Part shown: piece by piece, positions 39,749 to 49,868 of the stretch
Numbering within the stretch: the first letter of the stretch is position 1
How the letters are laid out: each line of letters starts with the position of its first letter
NCBI GenBank assembly: GCA_029856125.1
Contig: JAHQWJ010000148.1
Span: 1 to 64,000, forward strand
From: Promethearchaeia archaeon
Lineage (GTDB): Archaea; Asgardarchaeota; Lokiarchaeia; Sigyniarchaeales; SOKP01
Direction: 5' to 3'
Length of the DNA stretch: 64,000 nt
Made by a program: the position numbers and the translations under genes
The notes under the pieces: model-generated
Database searches by the model: none
What the model was told of the DNA's origin: nothing
What the model saw: only the letters and a program-made list of their open reading frames with translations

Positions 39749-40171
39749 ATGATCTCAATTCAAAAAGGGGAGGATTTGCTCTCAATTTCCTTAAGCACCA
39801 TCTTAAACCATAGGAAAGACGAGCCCGAATTTCAAAAACTTGTTATCGATTGGAACAAGAAGATTCTAATTGATATTGAAGATTTCTATCCACTTGAAAT
39901 TATATTTCATCGCAACGAGATTAAATTTAAAGTAAACGATATCGATAAAAAAGTAGATCTTAAAGTTAAAATGAACATTTACACCCTTTTAGATTTGGCT
40001 TACAGAAGACTAAACCCTGTAAAAGCCGTTTTTCAGCGTAAATTAAGATTTAAGGGATTGTTGAAATTTAGAATTTTATTAAAATTTATGAACATTTTTC
40101 TGAAAAGCATGCAAATGGTTGCTTCAGACCCTAACAATAAATATTACGAATTAAATAAAGATATTAGGTAA
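39749..40171 (+). CDS. SCP2 sterol/lipid-binding domain protein
   Basis: DLKVKM...LLDLAY.RLNPVKAVFQRKLRFKG SCP2 C-terminal pattern. Confidence 0.7.
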   Translation: MISIQKGEDLLSISLSTILNHRKDEPEFQKLVIDWNKKILIDIEDFYPLEIIFHRNEIKFKVNDIDKKVDLKVKMNIYTLLDLAYRRLNPVKAVFQRKLRFKGLLKFRILLKFMNIFLKSMQMVASDPNNKYYELNKDIR

Positions 40172-40189
40172 AATGGTGAAAGAAAACAT

Positions 40190-41665
40190 ATGACTGCAAC
40201 AAAGGAAAGAAATTTGTACGAGAAAATAAGGAAGGAGAATGTGTTTAAAAAATTAGGAGAAATATTTGGAAGTAAAAACGTCACAGATAAATCTGTAGAT
40301 TTATATCCTTACTCATACGATATGACCGAATGCGAAGCACACATGCCTGATTTTGTAGTTATTCCTGAAAATTCAGCTCAATTAATCGAACTAGTAAAAT
40401 TTTGTAATCAAAATTCCATACCAATTGTACCTTACATATCTGGGAATAACGTTGGAGGTTTGACAATTCCAGAATACGGGGGTGTTGTCGTCGATTTTAG
40501 TAAGAAAATGAACAGAATTCTCCACATCAATGAAAATATGATGTATGCTCTCTTAGAGCCAGGAGTTACCTTCGGAGAATTAAAGAAACAGTTAGACGAA
40601 CATTATCCACATCTAAGATATAGTTACCCATTTGCTCCACCTTACGCAGGAGTGGTTGGAAATGTAATTTTGAGCGGTATGAATAATCTTTCGTGTAAAC
40701 TTGGTTCAATGGGAGATTCTATCAATGGACTAGAAGTTATAACTGCTGATGGCGAACTTATTCGAATTGGTTCTTGCTTTTATGGTAAGGATACCGCAGA
40801 TGATGATTCTTGGTGGAGCAGATATCCGATGCCAGATTTAATGGGTTTATTTATCAATTGGCAAGGTATGACGGGTTTAGTAACCAAATGCGCCGTACAG
40901 TTATGGCCAAATCCCCCTCTTAAGAAAACCTATCTTGGAATTGTTTTCGGCTTACCTGATATCGCACCGGTCATAAGAGAAGTTGGGAGGACTGAAATTG
41001 TTGATGACATTTCAGCAGTAAGTATTGAAGTTGTAAAAATGGCTGTAGAACTTCCAGAACCGGTAAAAATACCTGGTGAACCAGATTTTGCTGCACTTTT
41101 TTCTATTTCTGGGAAAACTGAAAGCCTTTTCAAAGCTAAGGAGGAATATTTAAAGCTAACTATAGAAAATTTGAAGAAAAAGGGCATAAAAGTTCTTTTA
41201 GTTGATGCTGACGAGTTTACAAAGTTATTCAGTTTAAGAGTAAGATGCCATTTAGATCTACCAGCAGTCATTTTATCGTTAGTAGAATATTCGGGGTTAA
41301 CATGGTTTGGATCCTATGCTCCAACACATAAACTCGAAGATTTAATACCTCAAGTGAACGACCTGTTTATAAAATACAAAGTTCCTCCATTTATTTACAT
41401 GAAAATAATGAAGCATTCTCATTATGGAATTTTTCGACCTATCCTTAGATATAATAAATACAAAGATGAGGAAAACATTCATAGCTTACTAAACGAGATT
41501 GCAGAACTATGCATCGCCGAGGGCTGTATTCCTTATAAGACGCCTGCGTGGATGACGGAAAAAATGCGTGAGATAATCAATCCAGGTTGGCAAAAATTAT
41601 TCGACAAAATTAAAAATTGCATTGATCCAAATAAAATATTTAATCCCGGAAGATGGAATACATGA
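40190..41665 (+). CDS. FAD-binding oxidoreductase (VAO/PCMH family), copy 1
   Basis: PDFVVIP, GGVVVDF.KKMNRI, EPGVTF, LFINWQGMTGLVTK, DPNKIFNPG. Confidence 0.88.
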   Translation: MTATKERNLYEKIRKENVFKKLGEIFGSKNVTDKSVDLYPYSYDMTECEAHMPDFVVIPENSAQLIELVKFCNQNSIPIVPYISGNNVGGLTIPEYGGVVVDFSKKMNRILHINENMMYALLEPGVTFGELKKQLDEHYPHLRYSYPFAPPYAGVVGNVILSGMNNLSCKLGSMGDSINGLEVITADGELIRIGSCFYGKDTADDDSWWSRYPMPDLMGLFINWQGMTGLVTKCAVQLWPNPPLKKTYLGIVFGLPDIAPVIREVGRTEIVDDISAVSIEVVKMAVELPEPVKIPGEPDFAALFSISGKTESLFKAKEEYLKLTIENLKKKGIKVLLVDADEFTKLFSLRVRCHLDLPAVILSLVEYSGLTWFGSYAPTHKLEDLIPQVNDLFIKYKVPPFIYMKIMKHSHYGIFRPILRYNKYKDEENIHSLLNEIAELCIAEGCIPYKTPAWMTEKMREIINPGWQKLFDKIKNCIDPNKIFNPGRWNT

Positions 41666-41725
41666 ATCATTATTAAGAATTTTTAAAAATTCTGTTAATT
41701 TATCCAAATAAAGGTGATACATTAA

Positions 41726-42757
41726 ATGATCGAAACAAATATAACAAAAATGTTTGGGATTAAACATCCTATATTTAGCGCTCCAATGGGTCCCTTTTTT
41801 ACCCGCGATTTAGCTCTAGCTGTCAGTGAAGCCGGGGGATTAGGAGTGTTATCAAACGTGAATATAGCTGGTACAGATCCCGTTAAGGAACATAAAGCAA
41901 GCCTTGAACACATGATTGAACATACTGATAAACCGTTCGGTCTTAATATCCTAACATCTCGGAATAATCCTGGAGTGAGACAAATGGTCAGATCATTACC
42001 AAGAATAGTCATGGGTAATGTAAAAATGCGCGATCAGTGTAAATATTGGCTGACTTCGGCAGGTTCTTCAAGAGTTCTCGCAGAATCGAAAAGTTTTATA
42101 GAATTAAGAGAGAATTCAGAAGTTAAACACTTTCACGTTGCTCCAGCTGTATGGTTGGCTCAGAAATGTATAGCTTCAAAAGTAGATGGAATAGTGGTGA
42201 CTGGTACTGAAGGTGGAGGTCATCAATCGTATGAGAGAGTTAGTACTCTTGTTCTACTACAACAGATTAATGAGAAATTCCCTGATTTGCCAAAGATTGC
42301 TTGTGGGGGTTTTGCTACTGGAGAGTCTTTAGCTGCAGCACTTTCGTTAGGTGCAGGAGCAGTAGCAATGGGATCAAGATTTATAGCTTCTAAGCAGAGC
42401 GAATTTCACGAAAAATACAAAGCGTTAATTCCCCCTGGAAATCCGCAAGATACAGGGCTCTATACTGGATCGTTCGGTCCTATTCGGTTGTATAAAAACG
42501 AATACGCATTATCGCATCCTGCGCCCAGTAGTAAAGAGGAAATGATCGCTTACGAAAACTCTATATCTCCAGAACAAAGAGCAAAAGATATGGGTGCCTA
42601 TGATAGGGTATACAATGGGGATATTAATACTGGAGCTGTTTTACTAGGTCAATCAATAGGAATTATTGATAGTATAGAGAATGTCAATGATATTATTGAA
42701 CGAATAATGAAAAACGCTGAAACTGCTATTAGAAGAAATAGTTCCATGTTAAAATAA
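41726..42757 (+). CDS. FMN-dependent nitronate monooxygenase / FabK-like enoyl reductase
   Basis: HPIFSAPMG, AVSEAGGLG, GTEGGGH, ACGG, MGSRF, GQSIG. Confidence 0.88.
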   Translation: MIETNITKMFGIKHPIFSAPMGPFFTRDLALAVSEAGGLGVLSNVNIAGTDPVKEHKASLEHMIEHTDKPFGLNILTSRNNPGVRQMVRSLPRIVMGNVKMRDQCKYWLTSAGSSRVLAESKSFIELRENSEVKHFHVAPAVWLAQKCIASKVDGIVVTGTEGGGHQSYERVSTLVLLQQINEKFPDLPKIACGGFATGESLAAALSLGAGAVAMGSRFIASKQSEFHEKYKALIPPGNPQDTGLYTGSFGPIRLYKNEYALSHPAPSSKEEMIAYENSISPEQRAKDMGAYDRVYNGDINTGAVLLGQSIGIIDSIENVNDIIERIMKNAETAIRRNSSMLK

Positions 42758-42859
42758 GACCAAATCTAAACTAAAAATAACCAATTTATTCCTTTTTTTA
42801 TAAATTGGGCAAAAGGTTAATTTGTTTTTAAAAAAAAAAACTAATATAAGTGAATTAAT

Positions 42860-43282
42860 ATGCTTAATATAGAATTCCCGGATGATTTAATTTCTATATC
42901 GTTGTATAATGTTTTCAGTTCGAGGAAGGACGATAGAAAATTTATAAAACACGCGAAAGATTGGAATACAAAAATAGTACTTCATATCGAGCCTTTCTAT
43001 CCCGTGACAGTAATCTTCGACGGTAGTAATATAAGGTTTGAAAGGAAAGAATATCCAAAACCAGACATGAAGGTTAAAATTCATATCAACACCATGCTTG
43101 ATATCGCTAACGATAGGTTAAATCCTTTTTTTGCTATTGAAGAAAAAAAAATGGAAATTGAAGGATTAGGTGAAGATAGCGAAAAAATTATGCGGTTTTT
43201 CAATATTTTTGTCTTATCTATGCAGATGGTAGCTCAAGAGCCTAATGTGAATTATTTTGAATTAAACAAGAATACCAGGTGA
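42860..43282 (+). CDS. SCP2 domain protein, copy 2
   Basis: Paralog of 39749-40171 (DWN.KI...IE.FYP, RLNP, SMQMVA..PN..Y.ELNK..R). Confidence 0.7.
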   Translation: MLNIEFPDDLISISLYNVFSSRKDDRKFIKHAKDWNTKIVLHIEPFYPVTVIFDGSNIRFERKEYPKPDMKVKIHINTMLDIANDRLNPFFAIEEKKMEIEGLGEDSEKIMRFFNIFVLSMQMVAQEPNVNYFELNKNTR

Positions 43283-43292
43283 TATAACTCTA

Positions 43293-44768
43293 ATGACAGC
43301 AACAAAACAACGAAATGTGTTTGAAAAAATTTCAAAAGATAATGTTTATTCTAAATTAGTCGAGATTTTTGGTAGCGATTATGTTACTGATAAAAATGTT
43401 GACTTGTACCCCTATTCTCAAGATATGACTGAGAACAAACCTCACATGCCCGATTTTGTGGTTATCCCTGAAAATAAAGAGCAATTAGTGGAACTAGTTA
43501 AGTTTTGTAACGAATATTCAGTTCCATTAGTTCCCTATACCACGGGAAATAATGTTGGAGGGCTTACAATCCCTGATTATGGCGGTATTATTGTAGATTT
43601 TGGAAAAAGGATGAATAAAATCTTACATGTAGATGACAATATGATGTACGCCCTCTTAGAACCCGGTGTTACCTTTGGTCAACTTAAGAAACACCTAGAT
43701 GAGAATTTCCCAAGTCTAAGATATAGCTACCCAAACGCGCCCCCTTACTCAGGTGTAGTTGGAAACGCCTTATTAAGCGGCATGACAAATTTGGGTGCAA
43801 AAATCGGCTCAATGGCAGATGGCATTAATGGTCTTGAGGTTATAACCTTTGATGGAACTGTATCTCGAATTGGATCGTGCTTCTACGGAAATGATAAATC
43901 AGAAGACGATAGCTGGTGGTGTAGATATCCGATGCCTGACCTTATGGGATTATTCGTCAATTGGCAAGGCATGACCGGCTTGATAAGCAAATGCGCCGTT
44001 CAATTATGGCCAAAAGAACCAATTGAAAAACCTCAGCTCGTTGTCTTTTTTGGGTTAACAGATTTAGGTCCTTTTTTGAGAGAGGTAGGTAGAGCAGATA
44101 TTGTTAACGATGTTGCTGCATTTTCAGTGGAGGTTGCTAAAATGGAGGTTGGAATACCAGAACCCGTAAGATATCCTGGAGAACCTCTTTATACTGCCGT
44201 AATGCCGATGACGGCAAAAACTGAAAACCAAATGAATGCCAAATTAGAAATTCTTAACGATATAATTGAAAAGCTAAATAAAGAAGGAACTGATATTCAT
44301 TTAATTGATTATAACGAGTTTGCTAAGCTTTTTGGTCTAAAAGCTCTCAATATTTACAACTTACCATCACAGATTCTTTCCTTACACGAATATAGCGGAC
44401 TTACGTGGTTTGGCGCCTATGCTCCCTCTCATAAATTTGAAGAATTAATTGAGAAAACAGATGCGTTGTATCATAAACATGGGGTACCCCCGTTTAACTA
44501 TCTTAAGATTATGAAAGGAGGTCATTATGGTATATTTAGACCTATCTTTCGGTTTAAGAAATTTACAGATCAAGACAAAATCGTTAAGTTATTGGAAGAA
44601 ATAGCTGATGTTTGTATAGACTTAGGGTGTATACCTTATAAAACGCCATCGTGGTTGACTGCAAAATTGCGTAAGAAAATCAATCCAGGATGGATTAGTC
44701 TTTTTGAAAAGATAAAACATTGTATGGATCCTAATAATATATTTAATCCAGGAAGGTGGAACACATAA
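43293..44768 (+). CDS. FAD-binding oxidoreductase (VAO/PCMH family), copy 2
   Basis: Same length (491 aa) and collinear with 40190-41665. Confidence 0.88.
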   Translation: MTATKQRNVFEKISKDNVYSKLVEIFGSDYVTDKNVDLYPYSQDMTENKPHMPDFVVIPENKEQLVELVKFCNEYSVPLVPYTTGNNVGGLTIPDYGGIIVDFGKRMNKILHVDDNMMYALLEPGVTFGQLKKHLDENFPSLRYSYPNAPPYSGVVGNALLSGMTNLGAKIGSMADGINGLEVITFDGTVSRIGSCFYGNDKSEDDSWWCRYPMPDLMGLFVNWQGMTGLISKCAVQLWPKEPIEKPQLVVFFGLTDLGPFLREVGRADIVNDVAAFSVEVAKMEVGIPEPVRYPGEPLYTAVMPMTAKTENQMNAKLEILNDIIEKLNKEGTDIHLIDYNEFAKLFGLKALNIYNLPSQILSLHEYSGLTWFGAYAPSHKFEELIEKTDALYHKHGVPPFNYLKIMKGGHYGIFRPIFRFKKFTDQDKIVKLLEEIADVCIDLGCIPYKTPSWLTAKLRKKINPGWISLFEKIKHCMDPNNIFNPGRWNT

Positions 44769-45946
44769 TGGTTGAAATTAAAGAAGATTTAATGGGAAAA
44801 GAAGTTTTGGAAATGGCATTTGATCGTTGTATCAAGTGCAGTACTTGTAAATATAGCTACAAGGATTTCGAAAAAATGTGCCCAAGTGGAGAAAAATTCC
44901 TATTCGAATCGTATTGGGCATCAGGCCGAATCAGAATAATACGAGGTGTTTTAAATGGCGATCTGGAGTGGACGGAGGATTTACTAGATCCTATTTTTGC
45001 TTGTACAACTTGTGGCGCTTGTATGGACGCTTGTCAGGCACCCCACGCGGATTATATTGTCGAGATGATAGAAGCCCTAAGAGAATTAGCTGTAAAAAAC
45101 ATTGGACCAGCGGAAAACCAAAAATTCTTAGTTACCCGATGCGAAGACAGTTGTAATCCTTACGGCGATCCAAACTCAGATAACGCAGAGTTGAAAAAAG
45201 AGTACGACCTACCGGATAAAGCCGAATGGGTCTATTTTATAGGATGTACCTCAAACTACCGTCAAAAAAGCCTAAGAGATTCTACTCTGAGGTTTTTGAA
45301 AAAAGCGGGTATTGATTTTACATTAATAGACGAACATTGTTGTACAAGCCCTATGATTAGAACTGGTCAATTGAGCATTGTTGATGAATATATGAAATAT
45401 AATATCGATCAAATAAAAAAGGCTGGTGCGACTAAAGTAATCACCTCATGCGCAGGATGTTATAAAACTTTATCGAAAGATTTCGAGAGGTTTGTAAACG
45501 CATTAGAATTTGAAATCTACCATTCGCTCGAATTAGTGAAGAACCTCTTAGACGAGAAAAAGATAGAGTTTAAATTTGAATATAATAAAACCGTTACCTA
45601 CCACGATCCGTGCCATTTAGGAAGACACATGGGGGTCTATGAGTTACCAAGAGAGATTTACAAACAGATACCCGGATTAAATTTAGTAGAAATGAAAAGA
45701 AATCGAAATTTTGCGTGGTGTTGTGGTGCAGGCGGCGGAGTGAAAATTGGTTATCCTGATTGGGCGTTAGAGGTTTCTAAAGATCGCTTAGAAGAAGCAC
45801 AGGAAACCGGAGCAACGGTTATAACATCAACATGTCCATTCTGTAAAACTAACTTAAGCGACGCTAACGATAATTATAACTTTGATTTTGAAGTACTTGA
45901 CCTAATGGAAATCATAGATCAATTGGATATTGAAATTGAGAAGTAA
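44768..45946 (+). CDS. Fe-S oxidoreductase, HdrD/GlpC-like
   Basis: TAATG coupling at 44766-70; CIKCSTC, CTTCGAC, FIGC, YHDPCHLGR, CCGAGGG, CPFC. Confidence 0.88.
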   Translation: MVEIKEDLMGKEVLEMAFDRCIKCSTCKYSYKDFEKMCPSGEKFLFESYWASGRIRIIRGVLNGDLEWTEDLLDPIFACTTCGACMDACQAPHADYIVEMIEALRELAVKNIGPAENQKFLVTRCEDSCNPYGDPNSDNAELKKEYDLPDKAEWVYFIGCTSNYRQKSLRDSTLRFLKKAGIDFTLIDEHCCTSPMIRTGQLSIVDEYMKYNIDQIKKAGATKVITSCAGCYKTLSKDFERFVNALEFEIYHSLELVKNLLDEKKIEFKFEYNKTVTYHDPCHLGRHMGVYELPREIYKQIPGLNLVEMKRNRNFAWCCGAGGGVKIGYPDWALEVSKDRLEEAQETGATVITSTCPFCKTNLSDANDNYNFDFEVLDLMEIIDQLDIEIEK

Positions 45947-46081
45947 AAACAAATAGAATTATCACTTTTCCTTAATTTTTTATTCTAAAATTACTTTTTA
46001 GTAAAAATCTTTTTAAACTAATTTAGTAAATTAATAGTAATAATTGATTTTGAAGAGAGATATTGTATAAGGGTGTAAAAT

Positions 46082-47131
46082 ATGGAATTAGAAGATGAAA
46101 GATTTTCGGAAGACGAAAACCTATGGGAAGACCATAAGATTCCATTGACTTATGATCAAGAGAGTATGACAGAATGGTTTAATGAAAAAAGAGGGGGGAT
46201 TAAAGGAAGAGCAGATGTCTTCTATCTTATGTTTGGTATAACATATAACTGTCAGCTCAAATGTCCACATTGTTGTGTGGGTAATTATAAAAATGAACCG
46301 CGTCGGGAACTTTCAACGGATGAAATTAAGGACATATTAGATCAATCTGCTAAAGCTTTTGTGGTCAACTTCTTTGGAGGTGAACCAACCATGAGAGCAG
46401 ACATAATGGAATTAATAAAATACGCTTCAGAAAGAGCTGTATACGTATTTTGTGATACAAATGGATTAAAAATCACGAAGGATTTTGCAAGACAATTAAA
46501 GGATAGCGGTTTAGAAATGCTTTATGTTAGCATCGATAGTCCAATTCCAGAAAAACACGATCAATTGCGCGGAATGAAAGGAACATATAATAAAGCCGTT
46601 CAGGGTATAAAAAATGCGCTTGAAGTGAGACTAAAATGTTGTCTTTCAACTTATGTAACCAAAGAAAATCTAGCTAACGGTGAATTTGAAGATGTAATCA
46701 AATTTGCAAGAGAGTTAGGGGCAAATGGAGTGAGATATTTATTACCTACCCCAGCGGGTAGATGGTTATATAATCCTGAGGTAAAATTAACGCCTCAAGA
46801 AGAGAGAAAGGTTAGAAAAATTGCGACATTTCCATATGTATGTAGAGATTTTTATTTTCAAACTCAAAGTTCAAATCAATGCAGGGGAATAGCAGATAAC
46901 GTGTATTTTTATATTTCGCCTTATGGAGATGTCCAGCCTTGCTGCTTCATGCCACTTACTTTCGGAAATGTTAGGGAAGAACCTCTGAAAACAATTTTAG
47001 AAAGAATGTGGGGGCACCCAATGATGTGCGAAAGTTGGACAAAAAAAGAATGCCCGATGTTACATGAAGAATTCAGGAGCAAATATATAGAAACTATTCC
47101 TCCTAAAGCTAAACTACCATTTAAAATGTAA
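46082..47131 (+). CDS. Radical SAM protein with SPASM/twitch domain
   Basis: CQLKCPHC, GGEP, DTNG, VSIDS, C..I...GDVQPCCF...GN, ECPM. Confidence 0.88.
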   Translation: MELEDERFSEDENLWEDHKIPLTYDQESMTEWFNEKRGGIKGRADVFYLMFGITYNCQLKCPHCCVGNYKNEPRRELSTDEIKDILDQSAKAFVVNFFGGEPTMRADIMELIKYASERAVYVFCDTNGLKITKDFARQLKDSGLEMLYVSIDSPIPEKHDQLRGMKGTYNKAVQGIKNALEVRLKCCLSTYVTKENLANGEFEDVIKFARELGANGVRYLLPTPAGRWLYNPEVKLTPQEERKVRKIATFPYVCRDFYFQTQSSNQCRGIADNVYFYISPYGDVQPCCFMPLTFGNVREEPLKTILERMWGHPMMCESWTKKECPMLHEEFRSKYIETIPPKAKLPFKM

Positions 47132-47147
47132 AGATTATTATATATTA

Positions 47148-47264
47148 TCAAATTTATCTGAGGCTTTGGTACACTACAATTTCGATTTCCAGGTATTGGA
47201 TTTGATGGAAATTTTGGATCAGATTGAAATTATTTTCCATTTAGGGAATAATCATTCAGATTAA
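47148..47264 (+). pseudogene. Remnant 3' end of a paralog of the 44768-45946 Fe-S oxidoreductase
   Basis: NLSEALVHYNFDFQVLDLMEILDQIEI vs NLSDANDNYNFDFEVLDLMEIIDQLDI in the intact gene. Confidence 0.8.
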
Positions 47265-47368
47265 GCCTTACAATTAGTTTCTATGTAATAATTGCAAATA
47301 CATTTAAATTGAGTGAAATTCTAATGTACCCTAACACTTGATATAACAACATTTAGAGTGAGAAAAGG

Positions 47369-47869
47369 ATGAAGTATAAAAGAAATCAATATTCTGAAGG
47401 AGTAAGCGTTTGCTCCTTCATTATAGCAGGTATTTTAATTTATATGGGAACTAACGATATATTTGTACCCCTTTGGGCAGGTACGGATATAAATTGGTGG
47501 GGGCTTGTCTGGATTGGCATTGCAGCAGCAATAATAATAGGACAGATCGCAGCGTTGGCTAACAAAAGTAAGTTAAGAAACGCAGTTTTATACGAATACG
47601 AGGAACATCCGGAAGCAACCATCGATCAAATTAGTCAAAACACGGGAATTACGATAAGAGACGTACAAGCCATAGTATTAGACCTAAAAGCAAATGGCTT
47701 ATTACGAGGTAAATTCTCTTCTACTACAGGACAAATGACGCATGCAGATATTATAAAAAAACCCCAAGAAGAAGTTTCAGAAGGAAAAGTAGTTTATTGT
47801 CCTAATTGTGGAACCGCCAAAGTTAAAGAATCGGCTATTTTTTGCTCGTATTGCGGAACTAAATTATAA
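47369..47869 (+). CDS. Membrane protein with PCI-like winged helix and C-terminal zinc ribbon
   Basis: 2 TM; IDQISQNTGI...VLDLKANGLLRGKF; CPNCG..FCSYCG. Confidence 0.65.
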   Translation: MKYKRNQYSEGVSVCSFIIAGILIYMGTNDIFVPLWAGTDINWWGLVWIGIAAAIIIGQIAALANKSKLRNAVLYEYEEHPEATIDQISQNTGITIRDVQAIVLDLKANGLLRGKFSSTTGQMTHADIIKKPQEEVSEGKVVYCPNCGTAKVKESAIFCSYCGTKL

Positions 47870-48002
47870 TATTTTAGTACGATAATGTGCTGTATGTATG
47901 TACGCTACTAAACAGCCATTTTTTTTTTCATCGATAGAGTTAATTATTAAATATTTCACGAATAGTAAATATCATATTAACTAAAATTTAAAGTGATAAA
48001 TA

Positions 48003-49484
48003 ATGGCAATAATTGAAACAAAATCCGGTAAAGTTCAAGGTTACATCGAAAATGATGTAGAAGTATATAAGGGCATTCCTTATGCTGAACCTCCTATTGA
48101 CGATTTACGTTTTAGCCCCCCAGTTATGAAAAAGCCTTGGGATGGTGTGCTTGAAGCTAAAGAGTATAGTCCTTTTGCATTTCAAGGCTACTCGATGCTT
48201 GAAGATTATTTTGGCAAAAATGAGCCTGAAAGCGAAGATTGCTTGTACCTAAATATTTGGACTCCAGTAGCAGACAATGAGAAGCGCCCAGTGATGTTCT
48301 GGATTCACGGGGGAGCTTTTATAACCGGAGGCGGAGGAGTTCCGATCTATGATGGGTCAGTCTTAGCCAAACGTGGTGATGTAGTGGTGGTTACCATTAA
48401 CTACCGATTAGGAGCTTTTGGATATTCCTACATTCCAGGAGTTACTGCCAATGTTGGGCAATTGGATCAAATAATGGCTCTTGAATGGGTTCGAGATAAT
48501 ATTGAAAAGTTTGGTGGTGATCCAGAAAACGTGACTATTTTCGGTGAATCTGCAGGAGGTTATGCGGTTCTCACTTTATCTGCTATGTCCGCTGCTAAAG
48601 GTCTTTTCCATCGTGTGATTGCCCAAAGCGCTCCGTTTATTAATCCAAAAGTAACTGAGAAACATACTAAAGGTTTGATGAAAATGTTGAACCTTAAGAA
48701 GGGGGATATAGACGCCTTTCGAAAAACTCCTCCGGAAGATATTATTGATGTCCAAAATAAATACCTTGAAAAAATAAACTCAGCAATGGAATTCAGGCCT
48801 TTAATCGATGGTGTCTCTCTTCCAATACACCCATTAAAAGTATTTCAAAATGGCGATTGCTTAAATATAGATTTTATGATAGGGAGTAATTTAGACGAAG
48901 CTAAAATGTTTACTTCAATGGGAGGGGAAGTATTTGCTAATCCTGAAAAAGCAATATTAATGTTTTTAGGTATGTTTGGAATTGATGCAACTAATAGTGC
49001 CAAAATGTACGAAACTTATAAAAAGGCAAGGGAGGGTAATCTTTCTACTGATCCAAAAGACATTGCAGATGCGATTATAACAGATTTCATGTTTCGCATT
49101 CCTACAATACGTTTCCTCGAAGCTCAATTTAAACACCAAAAAAATACCTATAATTATTTGTTCACGTGGGAATCTCCAGGATTTGATGGACAATTAGGAT
49201 CTTGTCATGCCCTTGAACTTGCATTTGTTTTTGACACTCTGAACATTCCTGGAATGGAAAATTTTACGGGTCAAGGTCCAGAAGCAGAATTGTTAAGCCA
49301 AAAAATAATGGATGCTTGGATAGCTTTTGCTCGTACAGGAAATCCCAATCATGAAGGATTACCGGAATGGCAATCTTATGATACTGAAAAAAGAGCGACA
49401 ATGTGTTTAGGAAAAGACTGTAAACAAGTTACTGCTGCTTACGATAAAGAAAGAGAAGCCTGGGATGGGTTCTTAGAAGTTTAA
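48003..49484 (+). CDS. Carboxylesterase/lipase type B (pNB esterase-like)
   Basis: GIPYA.PP, SEDCLYLN, WIHGGAF, NYRLG, FGESAG, CHALE. Confidence 0.93.
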   Translation: MAIIETKSGKVQGYIENDVEVYKGIPYAEPPIDDLRFSPPVMKKPWDGVLEAKEYSPFAFQGYSMLEDYFGKNEPESEDCLYLNIWTPVADNEKRPVMFWIHGGAFITGGGGVPIYDGSVLAKRGDVVVVTINYRLGAFGYSYIPGVTANVGQLDQIMALEWVRDNIEKFGGDPENVTIFGESAGGYAVLTLSAMSAAKGLFHRVIAQSAPFINPKVTEKHTKGLMKMLNLKKGDIDAFRKTPPEDIIDVQNKYLEKINSAMEFRPLIDGVSLPIHPLKVFQNGDCLNIDFMIGSNLDEAKMFTSMGGEVFANPEKAILMFLGMFGIDATNSAKMYETYKKAREGNLSTDPKDIADAIITDFMFRIPTIRFLEAQFKHQKNTYNYLFTWESPGFDGQLGSCHALELAFVFDTLNIPGMENFTGQGPEAELLSQKIMDAWIAFARTGNPNHEGLPEWQSYDTEKRATMCLGKDCKQVTAAYDKEREAWDGFLEV

Positions 49485-49577
49485 CCAATTACAATCTGAT
49501 TTTATTTTTTTATTTATCTTTGTTATTTTCTGAGAAGATTTTATCAGATAATCATAAAAAATTAGTTCAATCACTCA

Positions 49578-49796
49578 TTACCAGGCAAAATGTTTTAGTA
49601 TCGCATTAGTGGGGCACGCGTCTTGGCAAGCTAAGCATTCGATGCAATCAATAATATCTTCGGCAACAACTTTACCGTTTACAAGACTGTAGACCTCTGC
49701 CGGGCAACCACTGACACAATTCGATGCTCCTACGCAGCGATCTAAATCTACTTCTACCCAATTGTCGCCATCTTCCCATCTTTTTACATTTACCAT
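49578..49796 (-). CDS. Ferredoxin (2 Fe-S clusters)
   Basis: CVGASNCVSGCP and CIECLACQDACP. Confidence 0.88.
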   Translation of the reverse strand: MVNVKRWEDGDNWVEVDLDRCVGASNCVSGCPAEVYSLVNGKVVAEDIIDCIECLACQDACPTNAILKHFAW

Positions 49797-49868
49797 ATTA
49801 TTTTCTATTTTGGTAATAAATTATTTAAAATTAATTAAAAAAAAAGTAAAAAATAAGATTTATTTCTC

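Noticed and set aside
46082-47131. Radical SAM enzyme as tetraether synthase (Tes) or GDGT ring synthase
   Set aside because: Too short, no B12-binding domain and no recognisable Tes-specific domains; only a generic SPASM/twitch call is supportable
47150-47270. Apparent stem-loops suggesting an ncRNA
   Set aside because: Better explained as a coding remnant of an Fe-S oxidoreductase paralog
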